Part shown: positions 18,092-26,511 of the stretch, piece after piece
Position numbering within the stretch: position 1 is the stretch's first letter
How the letters are laid out: every line of letters starts with the position of its first letter
Origin: Chlamydiales bacterium
Lineage (GTDB): Bacteria > Chlamydiota > Chlamydiia > Chlamydiales > JBDQID01
Direction: 5' to 3'
Length of the DNA stretch: 26,511 nt
Assembly: GCA_047611865.1 (NCBI GenBank)
Contig: JBLFWS010000031.1
Location: 1-26,511 of the forward strand
Position numbers and translations under genes: made by a program
Notes under the pieces: generated by a model
Told to the model about the DNA's origin: nothing
The model's input: only the letters and a program-made list of their open reading frames with translations
Databases searched by the model: none

Positions 18092-20815
18092 ATGTTACAG
18101 TCGTTAAATAAAAAGTTTGTAATTTTCCTTGCCATGATCTGCAGCTTTTCTCAGTATTCTTATGCAGAGGTGGACCAAAACTTAAATTGGTTTACCATTT
18201 CCACCCCTCACTTTAATATTCACTACCATGAAGAAGAGGAAAGCAAGGCTCAAAAGCTTGCTGTAATTGCCGAGGAAGCACACACTTATCTGTCCCAAGA
18301 GCTTGAGTGGACGCCTAGCAGGCGCACTGAAGTAGTTCTTAACGATAACTACGATTTAACAAATGGTTACGCTAATCCAATTCCTTATAATAAAATTTAT
18401 CTTTTTGACTTTCCGGAGACAACGGCTGCAAATGGTTTAATGTCTCAAGGGAATACCCTGAAATATCTCTTTATCCATGAATACACACATATTCTACAGA
18501 TGGATAAAGCTAGTAAAAATCCCTTAACATTCAGAAATATTTTCGGTCCTACCGAAACCTTTTTCCTTTTTTCATTTAAACCGAACATCGCTTTACCTCT
18601 TTGGTTTATTGAAGGCTTGGCGGTATATAACGAAAGTCATTTTGAAAAGGGAGTAGGCAGAGGTCAAGGTAGCCACTACCCCATGCAAATGCGTACAGAG
18701 TTGAAAAGGGGCCTAAAAGGTCTTGATGAAATCAATATGGATCGTGGGATCACATGGCCATTTTCCTCAAGATATCTTTACGGATACTATTTCATAAAAT
18801 TTATTGCGGATGAATACGGTAAAGAAACTCTAGTACGGCTGATAGATCGACATGGCAGTAACTTAATACCCTTTCGAGTTAACGACACTTTTGTCCATGT
18901 TATTGGAAAAGATTGTGAGACTCTTTGGAATGAATATCGGATTTACCTTAGCAATATGTTTCAGCCTGAAATTGATGATATCAGAAGCAAAGGAATCGTT
19001 GAAGGCTCTGCTCTTACGACTTCTGGCGGTAGAGGGGGAATGCTAAGAAGTACTCCCGATGGAAGCATTTACTATTCCGAAGACAACTTGATAGATAGCC
19101 AAAGTTTGTTCCGTCTTTCTCCTAATGGTGAAAAAACTAAATTGTTCTCTACTACAAATCCTTTTACTCTTCGCTTTTCTATCCACCCGGAAAGAGGGAT
19201 TGTCTTTAATAAGTTGGATCGAATTGACAGAACAAGAATATATGCAGACCTCTATCTAATGGATATGGATGGAAAAAATGTTCGTCAACTTACGGAAGGA
19301 AAAAGAATATATTCCGCTGCTTTTGACAGAAGCGGTACGTCTATTATCGCGACTCAATACTACCAGGGTAACTGGCGGCTTGTTCGACTTGCCCTTACTG
19401 GCGAGATCAAGGAAGTCCTTTGGAGCGGTGGCTATGAAGAACTTCTTTCAACGATTGATTGTTCTCCCATACAAGACAAAATTATTACTGCTGTAAAAAG
19501 TCCGAAAAAGGGGTGGCAGCTTGCGGAATTTGACCTCGAAAGCAAAGAGTGGACCTATCTGACCAAAGGCTACCTTGTGGGTGAGCCTCAATATAGCCAA
19601 TCTGGAAGAGATGTAGTCTTTAGCTCAGATTCCGAAGGGGTTTACAATATCAAATTGATGGATCTCGAAACTAAGGAAATTTCTGTACTTAGCAATGTTT
19701 TGGGCGGAGCTTTTGCACCATGCTTAAATAATACATCAGAAATGGTCTATTATTTTCAGTATGAAGGGAATGGGTATAACCTATACAGGTCTCCCAATAA
19801 ATCACTTGGAATTGACACCTTTGAAAATCCCTTTATTTCTCACTTGGTTGATGTAAATGAAAGCGATATCAAGGATCTTGACCTAAGTAAAATTGATTCA
19901 ATGCCCAGCAAGGCTTATTCTCCATTTGATAGTCTCTCGCCAAAATGGTGGTTTCCTATTTCCTTGTCTGGACTAACGACTAGTGGTAGAGATGCGTTGG
20001 GTTTACACTCATATCGGACAGAAATTAATTTATTGCCTCATCCTGAAGCGGTTGTTATTTATTCTTACGCTAATACCTATGTTCTGGGTATTAAGAATAA
20101 TCAGGAAACAAATGAAACTCAATTTTTTGGAAGAATTGTCTACCCATTAAATTATAGCCTTGAGAACAGGCTTTATTCTGTATCAACTGTAATGAATTCC
20201 TCTGAAAATGGTTTAAGTTTTGCTGAGGCCGTAGCTTTTAATAATACTTTCACAGCTCGGGGTGGCTTTTCTCCTCAGCAAGGTAGGAGTGTTGTCGGAG
20301 TTGTTGATTATAATACCAAAATTCATGGAAGTTCGTTTGTCCTGTCCTGGGATGAATACTTGCCTATAACTGATACTAACATTTTGATACTCTCGTTTGC
20401 TCGTGGACTTTCTACCGATAGCCTTTACAACATCGGCGGTTCATATGAGAGTGACCCAGCTGTAGACTCATTTTCAAAGATGTATAAGCTTCGAGGTTAT
20501 TCCGAAGGAGCACAAAGGGGGAAACATCTGCAATACGTCAGTGCTGAATGGAGATTCCCTATTGCAAAGATGGAAAGGGGACTACTATCTGTTCCTGTGG
20601 GTGTTCAGCAAATTTATGGGGACGTTTTCGTAGAAAACGGATCCGCATGGAATTCGGGAGTTTTTCCAAAAGATTCTCTTAGTAGTGTCGGTGCAGAGGT
20701 TCATGTTGATGCAACTCTTTTCCACAAGTTTCCTTTGAAGATTAGTATAGGCTATGGAAAAGGTCTTTCTTTTGACAGCGAAGAAACCCTAATTACTATA
20801 GGGACAAAGTTCTAA
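18092..20815 (+). CDS. Outer-membrane protein: signal peptide, zincin-like peptidase domain, TolB/PD40-like beta-propeller, C-terminal Omp85/BamA-like barrel
   Basis: Signal peptide ending SYA; HEYTH plus downstream WFIEGLAVY; propeller-like repeats (EPQYSQSGRDVVFSSDSEGVYNI); LRGY motif, SAEWRFP and C-terminal Phe. Confidence 0.8.
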   Translation: MLQSLNKKFVIFLAMICSFSQYSYAEVDQNLNWFTISTPHFNIHYHEEEESKAQKLAVIAEEAHTYLSQELEWTPSRRTEVVLNDNYDLTNGYANPIPYNKIYLFDFPETTAANGLMSQGNTLKYLFIHEYTHILQMDKASKNPLTFRNIFGPTETFFLFSFKPNIALPLWFIEGLAVYNESHFEKGVGRGQGSHYPMQMRTELKRGLKGLDEINMDRGITWPFSSRYLYGYYFIKFIADEYGKETLVRLIDRHGSNLIPFRVNDTFVHVIGKDCETLWNEYRIYLSNMFQPEIDDIRSKGIVEGSALTTSGGRGGMLRSTPDGSIYYSEDNLIDSQSLFRLSPNGEKTKLFSTTNPFTLRFSIHPERGIVFNKLDRIDRTRIYADLYLMDMDGKNVRQLTEGKRIYSAAFDRSGTSIIATQYYQGNWRLVRLALTGEIKEVLWSGGYEELLSTIDCSPIQDKIITAVKSPKKGWQLAEFDLESKEWTYLTKGYLVGEPQYSQSGRDVVFSSDSEGVYNIKLMDLETKEISVLSNVLGGAFAPCLNNTSEMVYYFQYEGNGYNLYRSPNKSLGIDTFENPFISHLVDVNESDIKDLDLSKIDSMPSKAYSPFDSLSPKWWFPISLSGLTTSGRDALGLHSYRTEINLLPHPEAVVIYSYANTYVLGIKNNQETNETQFFGRIVYPLNYSLENRLYSVSTVMNSSENGLSFAEAVAFNNTFTARGGFSPQQGRSVVGVVDYNTKIHGSSFVLSWDEYLPITDTNILILSFARGLSTDSLYNIGGSYESDPAVDSFSKMYKLRGYSEGAQRGKHLQYVSAEWRFPIAKMERGLLSVPVGVQQIYGDVFVENGSAWNSGVFPKDSLSSVGAEVHVDATLFHKFPLKISIGYGKGLSFDSEETLITIGTKF

Positions 20816-20865
20816 GAAACATTCATCAGCGTTACCTATGTAATTGAATTGGAGCGTGTAAATAG

Positions 20866-21028
20866 CCACTGAGGCAATGAGAAGGTGTGAGAAAATTGAG
20901 AAATGTTATGCGACTAAGCGTCGAAGGTAATGTTTCAGTAGTTTTAGAGATGCTACAAAGTGGGAGAGTAGAAGCTTAGATCTTCTCCCAATCTCACTTT
21001 CCTCTCAGTGATCTCACTGGCTCAGTGG
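20866..21028. repeat. Intergenic imperfect palindromic element built of short ...GAG repeats
   Basis: CCACTGAGGCAATGAGA (20866-20882) vs TCTCACTGGCTCAGTGG (21012-21028), 15/17 complementary, with further TGAGA/TCTCA units inward. Confidence 0.7.
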
Positions 21029-21124
21029 TGAATTGTGTAATAAGGCTTCGCTACTTCCGGCGCTCATTAAATTTTACGTTCAAACCACGATAGGGTTGAT
21101 TTATACTTATATCAGTCCTAATTC

Positions 21125-21153
21125 TTGCCAAATTCTCTTTTTGACGTTACATT
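21125..21153 (+). promoter_or_regulatory. Putative sigma70/sigma66 promoter of the mlaEFD operon
   Basis: TTGCCA-N17-TACATT, 40 nt upstream of the GTG. Confidence 0.55.
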
Positions 21154-21193
21154 AAATAGATAACTTTTTGTTCCCCAATTTGAGGCATCATCA

Positions 21194-21973
21194 GTGCAAG
21201 TTATTGTCATGGATTACCTGGCAGCTCTCGGAAGATACGTGTCGTTTGTTCTGGAAGTTTTAATTGCGATTCTCCGTAGACCTCCGTCATGGAAGCTCGT
21301 AAGAGAGCAATTATATAGCATAGGGGTTCTTTCCATCCCGGTAGTTGCGACCACAGGATTTGCCACAGGTTTGGTTCTCGCTGCGCAGTCCTTTTATCAG
21401 CTTTCCGATAAGGGGCTTGCAGGGGCGACAGGCTTGATGGTGACAAAGGCTCTCTTCACAGAGATGGGGCCTGTTCTAACAGGTTTTGTGATCACTGGAC
21501 GGATAGGTTCGGCTATGTGCGCGGAGCTTGGTTCCATGCGTGTTACGGAACAAATTGATGCTTTACGTTCCATGTCGGTGAACCCCTTGCGCTATTTGGT
21601 AGCTCCCAGGTTTATTGCTGGAACGATAATGATGCCAATACTAACGGTTTTTAGTAACGCCATCGGAATCTATGGGGCCTATCTTATCTCTGTTTATTAT
21701 TTTGAAATGCAGCCTACAAGTTTTTATGACCCTATATCTCAGCATATCTCCCATTTTGACTTTTATACCGGAGTCGTCAAGTCTTTGATCTTCGGTGTTA
21801 TGATCATCACGATTTGTTGCTATAAAGGAGTCAATACCTTCGGGGGAGCTTCAGGCGTAGGGAAGGCTACTACTAATAGTGTGGTCATCTGCTATTCCTG
21901 TATTTTGATTGGGAACTTTATCCTTACTGTAGCGATGAATATTTTACGAATCACCATGAGAAAGTGGCTATGA
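21194..21973 (+). CDS. mlaE: MlaE-family ABC transporter permease
   Basis: EMGPVLTG...GRIGSAMCAELGSMRVTEQIDAL...P..YLVAPR and GVGKATT.SVV motifs. Start uncertain (GTG 21194 or ATG 21209). Confidence 0.93.
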   Translation: MQVIVMDYLAALGRYVSFVLEVLIAILRRPPSWKLVREQLYSIGVLSIPVVATTGFATGLVLAAQSFYQLSDKGLAGATGLMVTKALFTEMGPVLTGFVITGRIGSAMCAELGSMRVTEQIDALRSMSVNPLRYLVAPRFIAGTIMMPILTVFSNAIGIYGAYLISVYYFEMQPTSFYDPISQHISHFDFYTGVVKSLIFGVMIITICCYKGVNTFGGASGVGKATTNSVVICYSCILIGNFILTVAMNILRITMRKWL

Positions 21974-22758
21974 TAAATATCAAAGGCCTGTGGAAGCAGT
22001 ACGGTAAATTGCAGGTTCTAAAGGGGCTGGATCTATTTGTGAAAAAAGGGGAAACGCTAGTGATCCTCGGGCGCTCCGGAGTGGGGAAAAGTGTTTTGCT
22101 AAAGCAGATTATCGGGATAGAAAAGCCTGATGCTGGCAGTGTAGAAATCGAAAACTGTAATATTGTTAAAATGAAAGAAGCTGAAAGAAGTAATTTCCTT
22201 CGGGGAATGGGAATGCTTTTTCAGGGGGCAGCTCTTTTCGATTCCATGACTGTTCGGGATAACACAGCCTTCCACCTCATGGAACACGGAAACGTTGCTA
22301 CGGGAGAACCTTATAGCGAATCTGAAATTGATGACCTCGTCGCTGAAGTTCTGGAAAGTGTAGACCTCGCTGGTACACAGAACAAAATGCCCTCTGATCT
22401 CTCCGGAGGAATGCGAAAACGAGCAGGACTTGCAAGAATTATCGTTTACCGGCCGAAAATATTATTGTATGATGAGCCAACAACTGGGCTGGATCCGATT
22501 ACTGCTACGCAAATTAGTGATATTATCATCGGAATACAGAAGGAACTGGATGCCACGAGTATTGTTGTGACACATGATATTCGATCTGCGTTGAGAGTGG
22601 CAGACAGATTGGCCATACATCATGATGGTCGGATCCTCCATGTGGCGAAGAAAGAGGAATTCTTTCAGATTGATGAGCCTTTAATACAAAGCTTTATTTC
22701 TAATGCCTTTCCTGAGAAAGGGACCTTTGCTAATCTAGGAGCAGCAGTAGATGACTGA
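21970..22758 (+). CDS. mlaF: MlaF-family ABC transporter ATP-binding protein
   Basis: Walker A GRSGVGKS, LFQGAALFDS, LSGGMRKR and YDEPTTGLDP motifs; ATGA overlap with the mlaE stop. Confidence 0.93.
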   Translation: MINIKGLWKQYGKLQVLKGLDLFVKKGETLVILGRSGVGKSVLLKQIIGIEKPDAGSVEIENCNIVKMKEAERSNFLRGMGMLFQGAALFDSMTVRDNTAFHLMEHGNVATGEPYSESEIDDLVAEVLESVDLAGTQNKMPSDLSGGMRKRAGLARIIVYRPKILLYDEPTTGLDPITATQISDIIIGIQKELDATSIVVTHDIRSALRVADRLAIHHDGRILHVAKKEEFFQIDEPLIQSFISNAFPEKGTFANLGAAVDD

Positions 22759-24127
22759 CCAGGTCAAAAATGTAATGATAGGTTGTTTTGTCGTTGTAGG
22801 GGTAGCCCTAAGCGTTTGGATCTTAATGTTCCTCGAACCAACTGCCGGCGATGGATCTCTTATCCTTCGAGTCCGTTTTCCCAGCATAGAAAAAGTTGGG
22901 ATCGGAACACGAGTGACTTTTGCAGGACGGCATGTGGGAGAAGTTGTTGCGATCAGACAGATCAGCAACGCCCGTGAAGAGGAAGTAGATTCAGTTGGAA
23001 ATGTATATACTTACGAATTATTCTTGCAGGTAGACTCCTCCGTTAAAGTTTATCACACAGACGATATTGGTATTCATACTTCTGGACTCTTGGGAGAAAA
23101 ATCCATTTCGATTGTTCCAAATCCTCCGAAGGCTGGAGAGAGTCTACGTTTGGTTTCCGACGAGGTCATCTATGCCAAAGCTCCTGGATCTGTAGAAGAA
23201 ACAATCACCAAGTTTATTTCCCTCGCCTATAAGGCAGAGGAAACGATGGATCACGTTATTAAGCTTATTGAAAACAACAATCAAGAAATATTTTTCACCA
23301 TTAAAGCCGCGCGAAATACGATCCAACATTTAGATGAAAGTATCGAATATGCTAATGAAATTGATCTGTTGGGGTCCACGAAAAAGGCCGCCGATGCTTT
23401 TGCAAGTACATTAGAGAAAGTAGGTACTCAGCTACAGGTGATGGAAGAGGAAGGTACTGTAAAAGAACTCACAGCAGTTGTGCGTAATGCAAAAGAAATT
23501 ACCGATGTAATAAATCAGCCAGAGCAATTAGCTGCGATTGTAGAAAATATTCGATCATTTTCCGAAGGGTTTAAAAATCTGGAAGGGAAAGTTTCTCGGT
23601 CATGGATAAGCATGGAGAAGTCATTTACGGATATAGCCCAAACAGCCGGAAATCTAAGGGATATAACTCAAACGGGAAAAGAAATTACTGAAAGTGCTAA
23701 AGTTTTAGTACAAAAGGTAGAGCGCGGAGAAGGCGATCTGGGAAAACTTCTTAACCGTGAAGACTTATACTTTTCGGCAAAAGGCATCATGGGGAAAATG
23801 AGTACGGTGATGAATGATGTGAATCATTACGGCCTTCTTTTCCACTTGGATAAAGGGTGGCAGCGTCAGCGTACCAAACGAATGAATGTATTGGTCAATC
23901 TACAGACTCCAGCGCAGTTTAAGGACTTCTTTGAAGAAGAAGTTGATCAAATATCTACTTCTCTTGCTCGCGTAGCGATGCTTATGGATCGTATGGATGA
24001 AAGTAATCAGGATAGTACATACACTCAAGATTTTAAAAGAGGCTTCGTTGAGCTTATGCGACAGGTGGAAGCTCTGGAGGAAGTCTTGAAAATTTACAAT
24101 CAAGAACTAATAGAAATCATTGAATAA
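22751..24127 (+). CDS. mlaD: MCE/MlaD-domain protein with long helical C-terminal extension
   Basis: N-terminal TM helix; G..V.FAG..VGEV and SGLLGEK.I.I.P MCE motifs; ~300 aa heptad-rich tail; overlaps the mlaF stop. Confidence 0.88.
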   Translation: MTDQVKNVMIGCFVVVGVALSVWILMFLEPTAGDGSLILRVRFPSIEKVGIGTRVTFAGRHVGEVVAIRQISNAREEEVDSVGNVYTYELFLQVDSSVKVYHTDDIGIHTSGLLGEKSISIVPNPPKAGESLRLVSDEVIYAKAPGSVEETITKFISLAYKAEETMDHVIKLIENNNQEIFFTIKAARNTIQHLDESIEYANEIDLLGSTKKAADAFASTLEKVGTQLQVMEEEGTVKELTAVVRNAKEITDVINQPEQLAAIVENIRSFSEGFKNLEGKVSRSWISMEKSFTDIAQTAGNLRDITQTGKEITESAKVLVQKVERGEGDLGKLLNREDLYFSAKGIMGKMSTVMNDVNHYGLLFHLDKGWQRQRTKRMNVLVNLQTPAQFKDFFEEEVDQISTSLARVAMLMDRMDESNQDSTYTQDFKRGFVELMRQVEALEEVLKIYNQELIEIIE

Positions 24128-24156
24128 TTTTTATTGTTAGCTTTGAAGGGAATACC

Positions 24157-24726
24157 ATGGTTAATTTACCTCACGCCGATCTGAGAAAAGGAACCTTACT
24201 TATAGCTACTCCAGACATTGACGCGGGGATGTTCTTTCGGAGCGTCATACTCGTTTGTGAGCATAGCGTTAATGGGTCTTTTGGAATCGTTATTAACAAA
24301 AACCTCGACCTGGAACTTCCCGATGAAATACTGAATATGAACCAACTGGCGAATCCGAGAGTGGGATTGAGAGCCGGAGGTCCCGTTCAAACAAATCAGA
24401 TGATGATTTTACATGTATCAGGTCAGATCCCTGAAAATACTTTAGAAATATGTACTGGGGTTTACCTTGGGGGAGACTTGCAGTTTCTTCAGAGTGTGGT
24501 CACAGATGATGATGGACCAGAAGTTCTTCTCTGCTTTGGATATGCTGGATGGGGAGGAGGACAATTAGAAAGAGAGTTTCTTGATGGGAGCTGGCTTCTT
24601 GCCCAAGGCGATATCGATTCGATATTTCGAACCCCGGTAGAAAAGTTATGGCAGGTATTATTGCGGGAAATGGGTGGTAAATACGCTACTCTTTCGATGA
24701 TTCCTGAAGACCTGACACTGAATTAA
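24157..24726 (+). CDS. yqgE: YqgE/AlgH family protein (DUF179)
   Basis: [17 protein letters not shown]...[12 protein letters not shown] and [16 protein letters not shown] motifs. Confidence 0.93.
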   Translation: MVNLPHADLRKGTLLIATPDIDAGMFFRSVILVCEHSVNGSFGIVINKNLDLELPDEILNMNQLANPRVGLRAGGPVQTNQMMILHVSGQIPENTLEICTGVYLGGDLQFLQSVVTDDDGPEVLLCFGYAGWGGGQLEREFLDGSWLLAQGDIDSIFRTPVEKLWQVLLREMGGKYATLSMIPEDLTLN

Positions 24727-24764
24727 GAAAAAAAACTATTGCGGCACGCCTAGTGCGAAAGAAG

Positions 24765-24807
24765 GCAAAGAGAGTGGTAATAGATAAATCTCTTACACTC
24801 TCTTTGC
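24765..24807. terminator. Hairpin between convergent genes; probable terminator
   Basis: Perfect 12-bp stem GCAAAGAGAGTG / CACTCTCTTTGC with additional inner pairing; followed by CTTCTTTC on the minus strand. Confidence 0.65.
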
Positions 24808-24865
24808 TGTGAAGTTTTATTGAAGTTAATGTTTTTTTACCTAGACCAATCAAAGAACCTTCCTC

Positions 24866-25000
24866 CTATAATTGTGTTTTTCTAGTAATTCTCACCCGAA
24901 CAGGAACGAGAACTTTCTTTTTACCGGGAGTGTTTTTCCGTTTTGTTACGGACCATCGTCGGCTTTTGCCGCTTTCCAACTTGTCGCTTTGTTTACTCAT
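24866..25000 (-). CDS. Small highly basic protein (44 aa), not in the ORF track
   Basis: MSKQSDKLESGKSRRWSVTKRKNTPGKKKVLVPVRVRITRKTQL; GAGGAG 5 nt upstream of the ATG; downstream hairpin. Confidence 0.7.
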   Translation of the reverse strand: MSKQSDKLESGKSRRWSVTKRKNTPGKKKVLVPVRVRITRKTQL

Positions 25001-25188
25001 GGCATCTCCTCTCTGTAAGTCTTAAGACTACCTCTTGGTGATGGAAGGTGACGCAATTATTATGCCAACCTCTAACTTTGTAATTACAGACCATAGCTTC
25101 GAAGTCAAGCTTTTTTTAAGATAAAAGAGTTCTCGTAGGATTTAGTCTCAGAAGATAGGAGCGCCTGCTGTGGAAAAGTTTTATGAAC

Positions 25189-25216
25189 CTCGGTGCCTTC
25201 TTGTGGCCTCTGTGGT
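25189..25216 (-). repeat. Orphan half of an ACCACAGAG-type 9-mer palindromic repeat
   Basis: The minus strand reads ACCACAGAG GCCACAAGA AGGCACCGAG, similar to the arm at 25664. Confidence 0.55.
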
Positions 25217-25612
25217 TTTTCCGATTTCCCATGTTTCTTGTGTTAAATATCTAAATTCGGGAATTAGAGGAAGAGCAGGAAAAAAGATATTCCGAAGTAA
25301 TCCCGGCAATATCCATACAAGTATGTTCCGTTATTTGCTTAAAAATATACCCGTGACTTCTTTTGTCAAGCTCCCCTTGGACACTAGCTATCGCCCTTTC
25401 AGTACAATTTAAGCGACTCTCCAAAGTTCCCAAATAAGCATAGGGACCTTGATGATCAACATAAGAAGAACCTCCAAACACGGCTTCCCCTTCATGCCAA
25501 GTTACAATGTTCTGATCAAGGTATTGCTTCTCGCAACGCAAATCAACAAGTCTTGTCTCGAGATTCATTATCTTCTGAAGTTCACTCCTTTCTACATTTT
25601 GAGCTTTTATAG

Positions 25613-25813
25613 GGCGTTGTTGCATAAAACATTCGTCTACAAGAGGCTTATGATTAACATTTTACCACCGAGATCACAGAGGGCGCAGAGAAAATAAAAA
25701 ATCACAGATCAGTTGATAATATATTCTGAGAGACTTTATGCATTTTTCTATCTCTCTGTGTTCTCGGTGGTTAAATAAATGATTGTAAACGTATTAAGTT
25801 ATGCAACAACGCC
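25613..25813. mobile_element. 201-bp MITE, IS5 family / IS903-group-like
   Basis: Perfect 15-bp TIR GGCGTTGTTGCATAA (25613-25627 / 25799-25813), 13/15 to the IS903 IR GGCTTTGTTGAATAA. Perfect 9-bp flanking direct repeat CTTTTATAG (25604-25612 / 25814-25822). No transposase. Confidence 0.9.
25664..25771. repeat. Palindromic 9-mer-repeat element nested in the MITE
   Basis: ACCACCGAG ATCACAGAG GGCGCAGAG ... CTCTGTGTTCTCGGTGGT; the outer 18 bp are 17/18 complementary. Confidence 0.85.
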
Positions 25814-25870
25814 CTTTTATAGCCCTAACGCTGTTAATGGCATTTTTTATAAATTCAAACAAGGGTCACG

Positions 25871-26288
25871 CCTGGGGCGACACAGATGAGGCTAAAATCC
25901 CATGATCTCCCCCTCAAGTCTTCCTGTTAAAACCCGTCCCATTTTTGTGGTGATTTTGTGGAATAGGCAACGCCTTCATGAGTCCGGCAGGACGACCCGA
26001 TTAAAGCCTCGGGTGACTTGAGCTTGCGAGGGAACCCGTGGAGGAGAAAATAAAAAATAGAGCCTGAGGAACGAAGGCGATTGAAGCCTCTTACACCTTT
26101 CAGTCGCCCTCGCGGGCTCGGATTTTCTGTTCTCACTACCACGGATTCCTTCGCTCCGCTTAAGTCATCCGAGGCTTTGATCGGGCACCCTACGGGCTTT
26201 CGAAGTTGAGCGAAATTGGTACCACAACAAGGATGTAAAAAAAATAAATCTAACTAGCCGTATATGGTAGCATCTGTCTCACCCCAGG
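25871..26288. mobile_element. ~415-bp non-autonomous element (MITE) with TIRs, target duplication and a long internal hairpin; family unassigned
   Basis: CCTGGGGCGACACAGATG (25871-25888) vs CATCTGTCTCACCCCAGG (26271-26288), 16/18. Direct repeat GGTCACGCCT at 25864-25873 and 26287-26296 (TSD of 5, 7 or 9 bp depending on the end chosen). Confidence 0.85.
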
Positions 26289-26489
26289 TCACGCCTATAC
26301 TGGGTGTTATTTAAAATATTAACTTTTACAATTAGAGGCCAGTCATATTAACACCGCGGATATTAACTCTCAAATAAAAGGAAACGCCCTTTCAACCGTG
26401 AAGTGCGACAAATAGTCTAAAGAAAAATGGCCAGACATGGCTAAGACCTCTATAGTAATTTTTACTACAAAATATTCTATGGAGAAATT

Positions 26490-26511
26490 ATGCCCGAAGA
26501 CTACCATCATC
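26490..26511 (+). CDS. Possible 5' end of a gene running off the window
   Basis: GGAG followed 5 nt later by ATG CCC GAA GAC TAC CAT CAT; only 7 codons are visible. Confidence 0.35.

Larger units (their letters stand above)
25251..25862 (-). pseudogene. Hypothetical coiled-coil protein gene interrupted near its 5' end by the IS903-like MITE
   Basis: Removing 25613-25813 plus one TSD copy gives a continuous frame from TTG 25862: MFEFIKNAINSVRAIKAQNVERSELQK... With the insert present, the frame hits TAA inside the element. Confidence 0.65.

Noticed and set aside
20831..20841. GTTACCTATGT, similar to the IS481-like boxes at 151-210
   Set aside because: Single isolated copy with no convincing partner end or TSD.
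2079..24390. Numerous 60-155 aa ORFs antisense or out of frame within long genes
   Set aside because: Shadow ORFs of well-supported CDSs, with no independent motifs or RBS evidence.
24686..24853. 55-codon minus-strand ORF (TTG start) preceded by AGGAGG overlapping the microprotein stop
   Set aside because: It runs through the terminator hairpin and overlaps the yqgE 3' end antisense; no recognisable protein features. Probably spurious.
25449..25697. 82-aa plus-strand ORF (and 25170-25412)
   Set aside because: Antisense to the better-supported minus-strand gene, and crosses MITE/repeat boundaries.
25927..26142. 71-aa minus-strand ORF inside the hairpin element
   Set aside because: It lies entirely in palindromic sequence with no transposase-like motifs; likely a by-product of the structure.

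Overview
This AT-rich bacterial window most likely comes from an environmental Chlamydiota genome. That is an inference from the phnP-hflX adjacency, the chlamydial-type YqgE C-terminus, the mlaEFD block and the Inc-like and ankyrin proteins. The housekeeping backbone is phnP, hflX, mtaB, a conserved hypothetical gene, ligA, mlaE/F/D and yqgE. Accessory content has five parts. (i) An RHS/YD-repeat gene is broken by an in-frame stop and cut off by an IS481-like terminus that carries a strand-biased hairpin. (ii) A ~8.7 kb candidate effector island between hflX and mtaB holds two tandem paralogs of an unrecognised family (one with 18-aa Tyr repeats, one frameshifted), an internally duplicated ankyrin protein with eukaryote-like Pro motifs, and an Inc-like protein. 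(iii) A zincin/beta-propeller/Omp85-type outer-membrane protein. (iv) An uncalled 44-aa highly basic ORF with a strong RBS. (v) Two neighbouring non-autonomous elements at the right end: a 201-bp IS903-like MITE with a perfect 9-bp TSD that interrupts a gene and supplies a new in-frame ATG, and a ~415-bp TIR/TSD element that folds into a long G.U-biased rod hairpin. All calls come from reading the sequence by eye; no searches were run.
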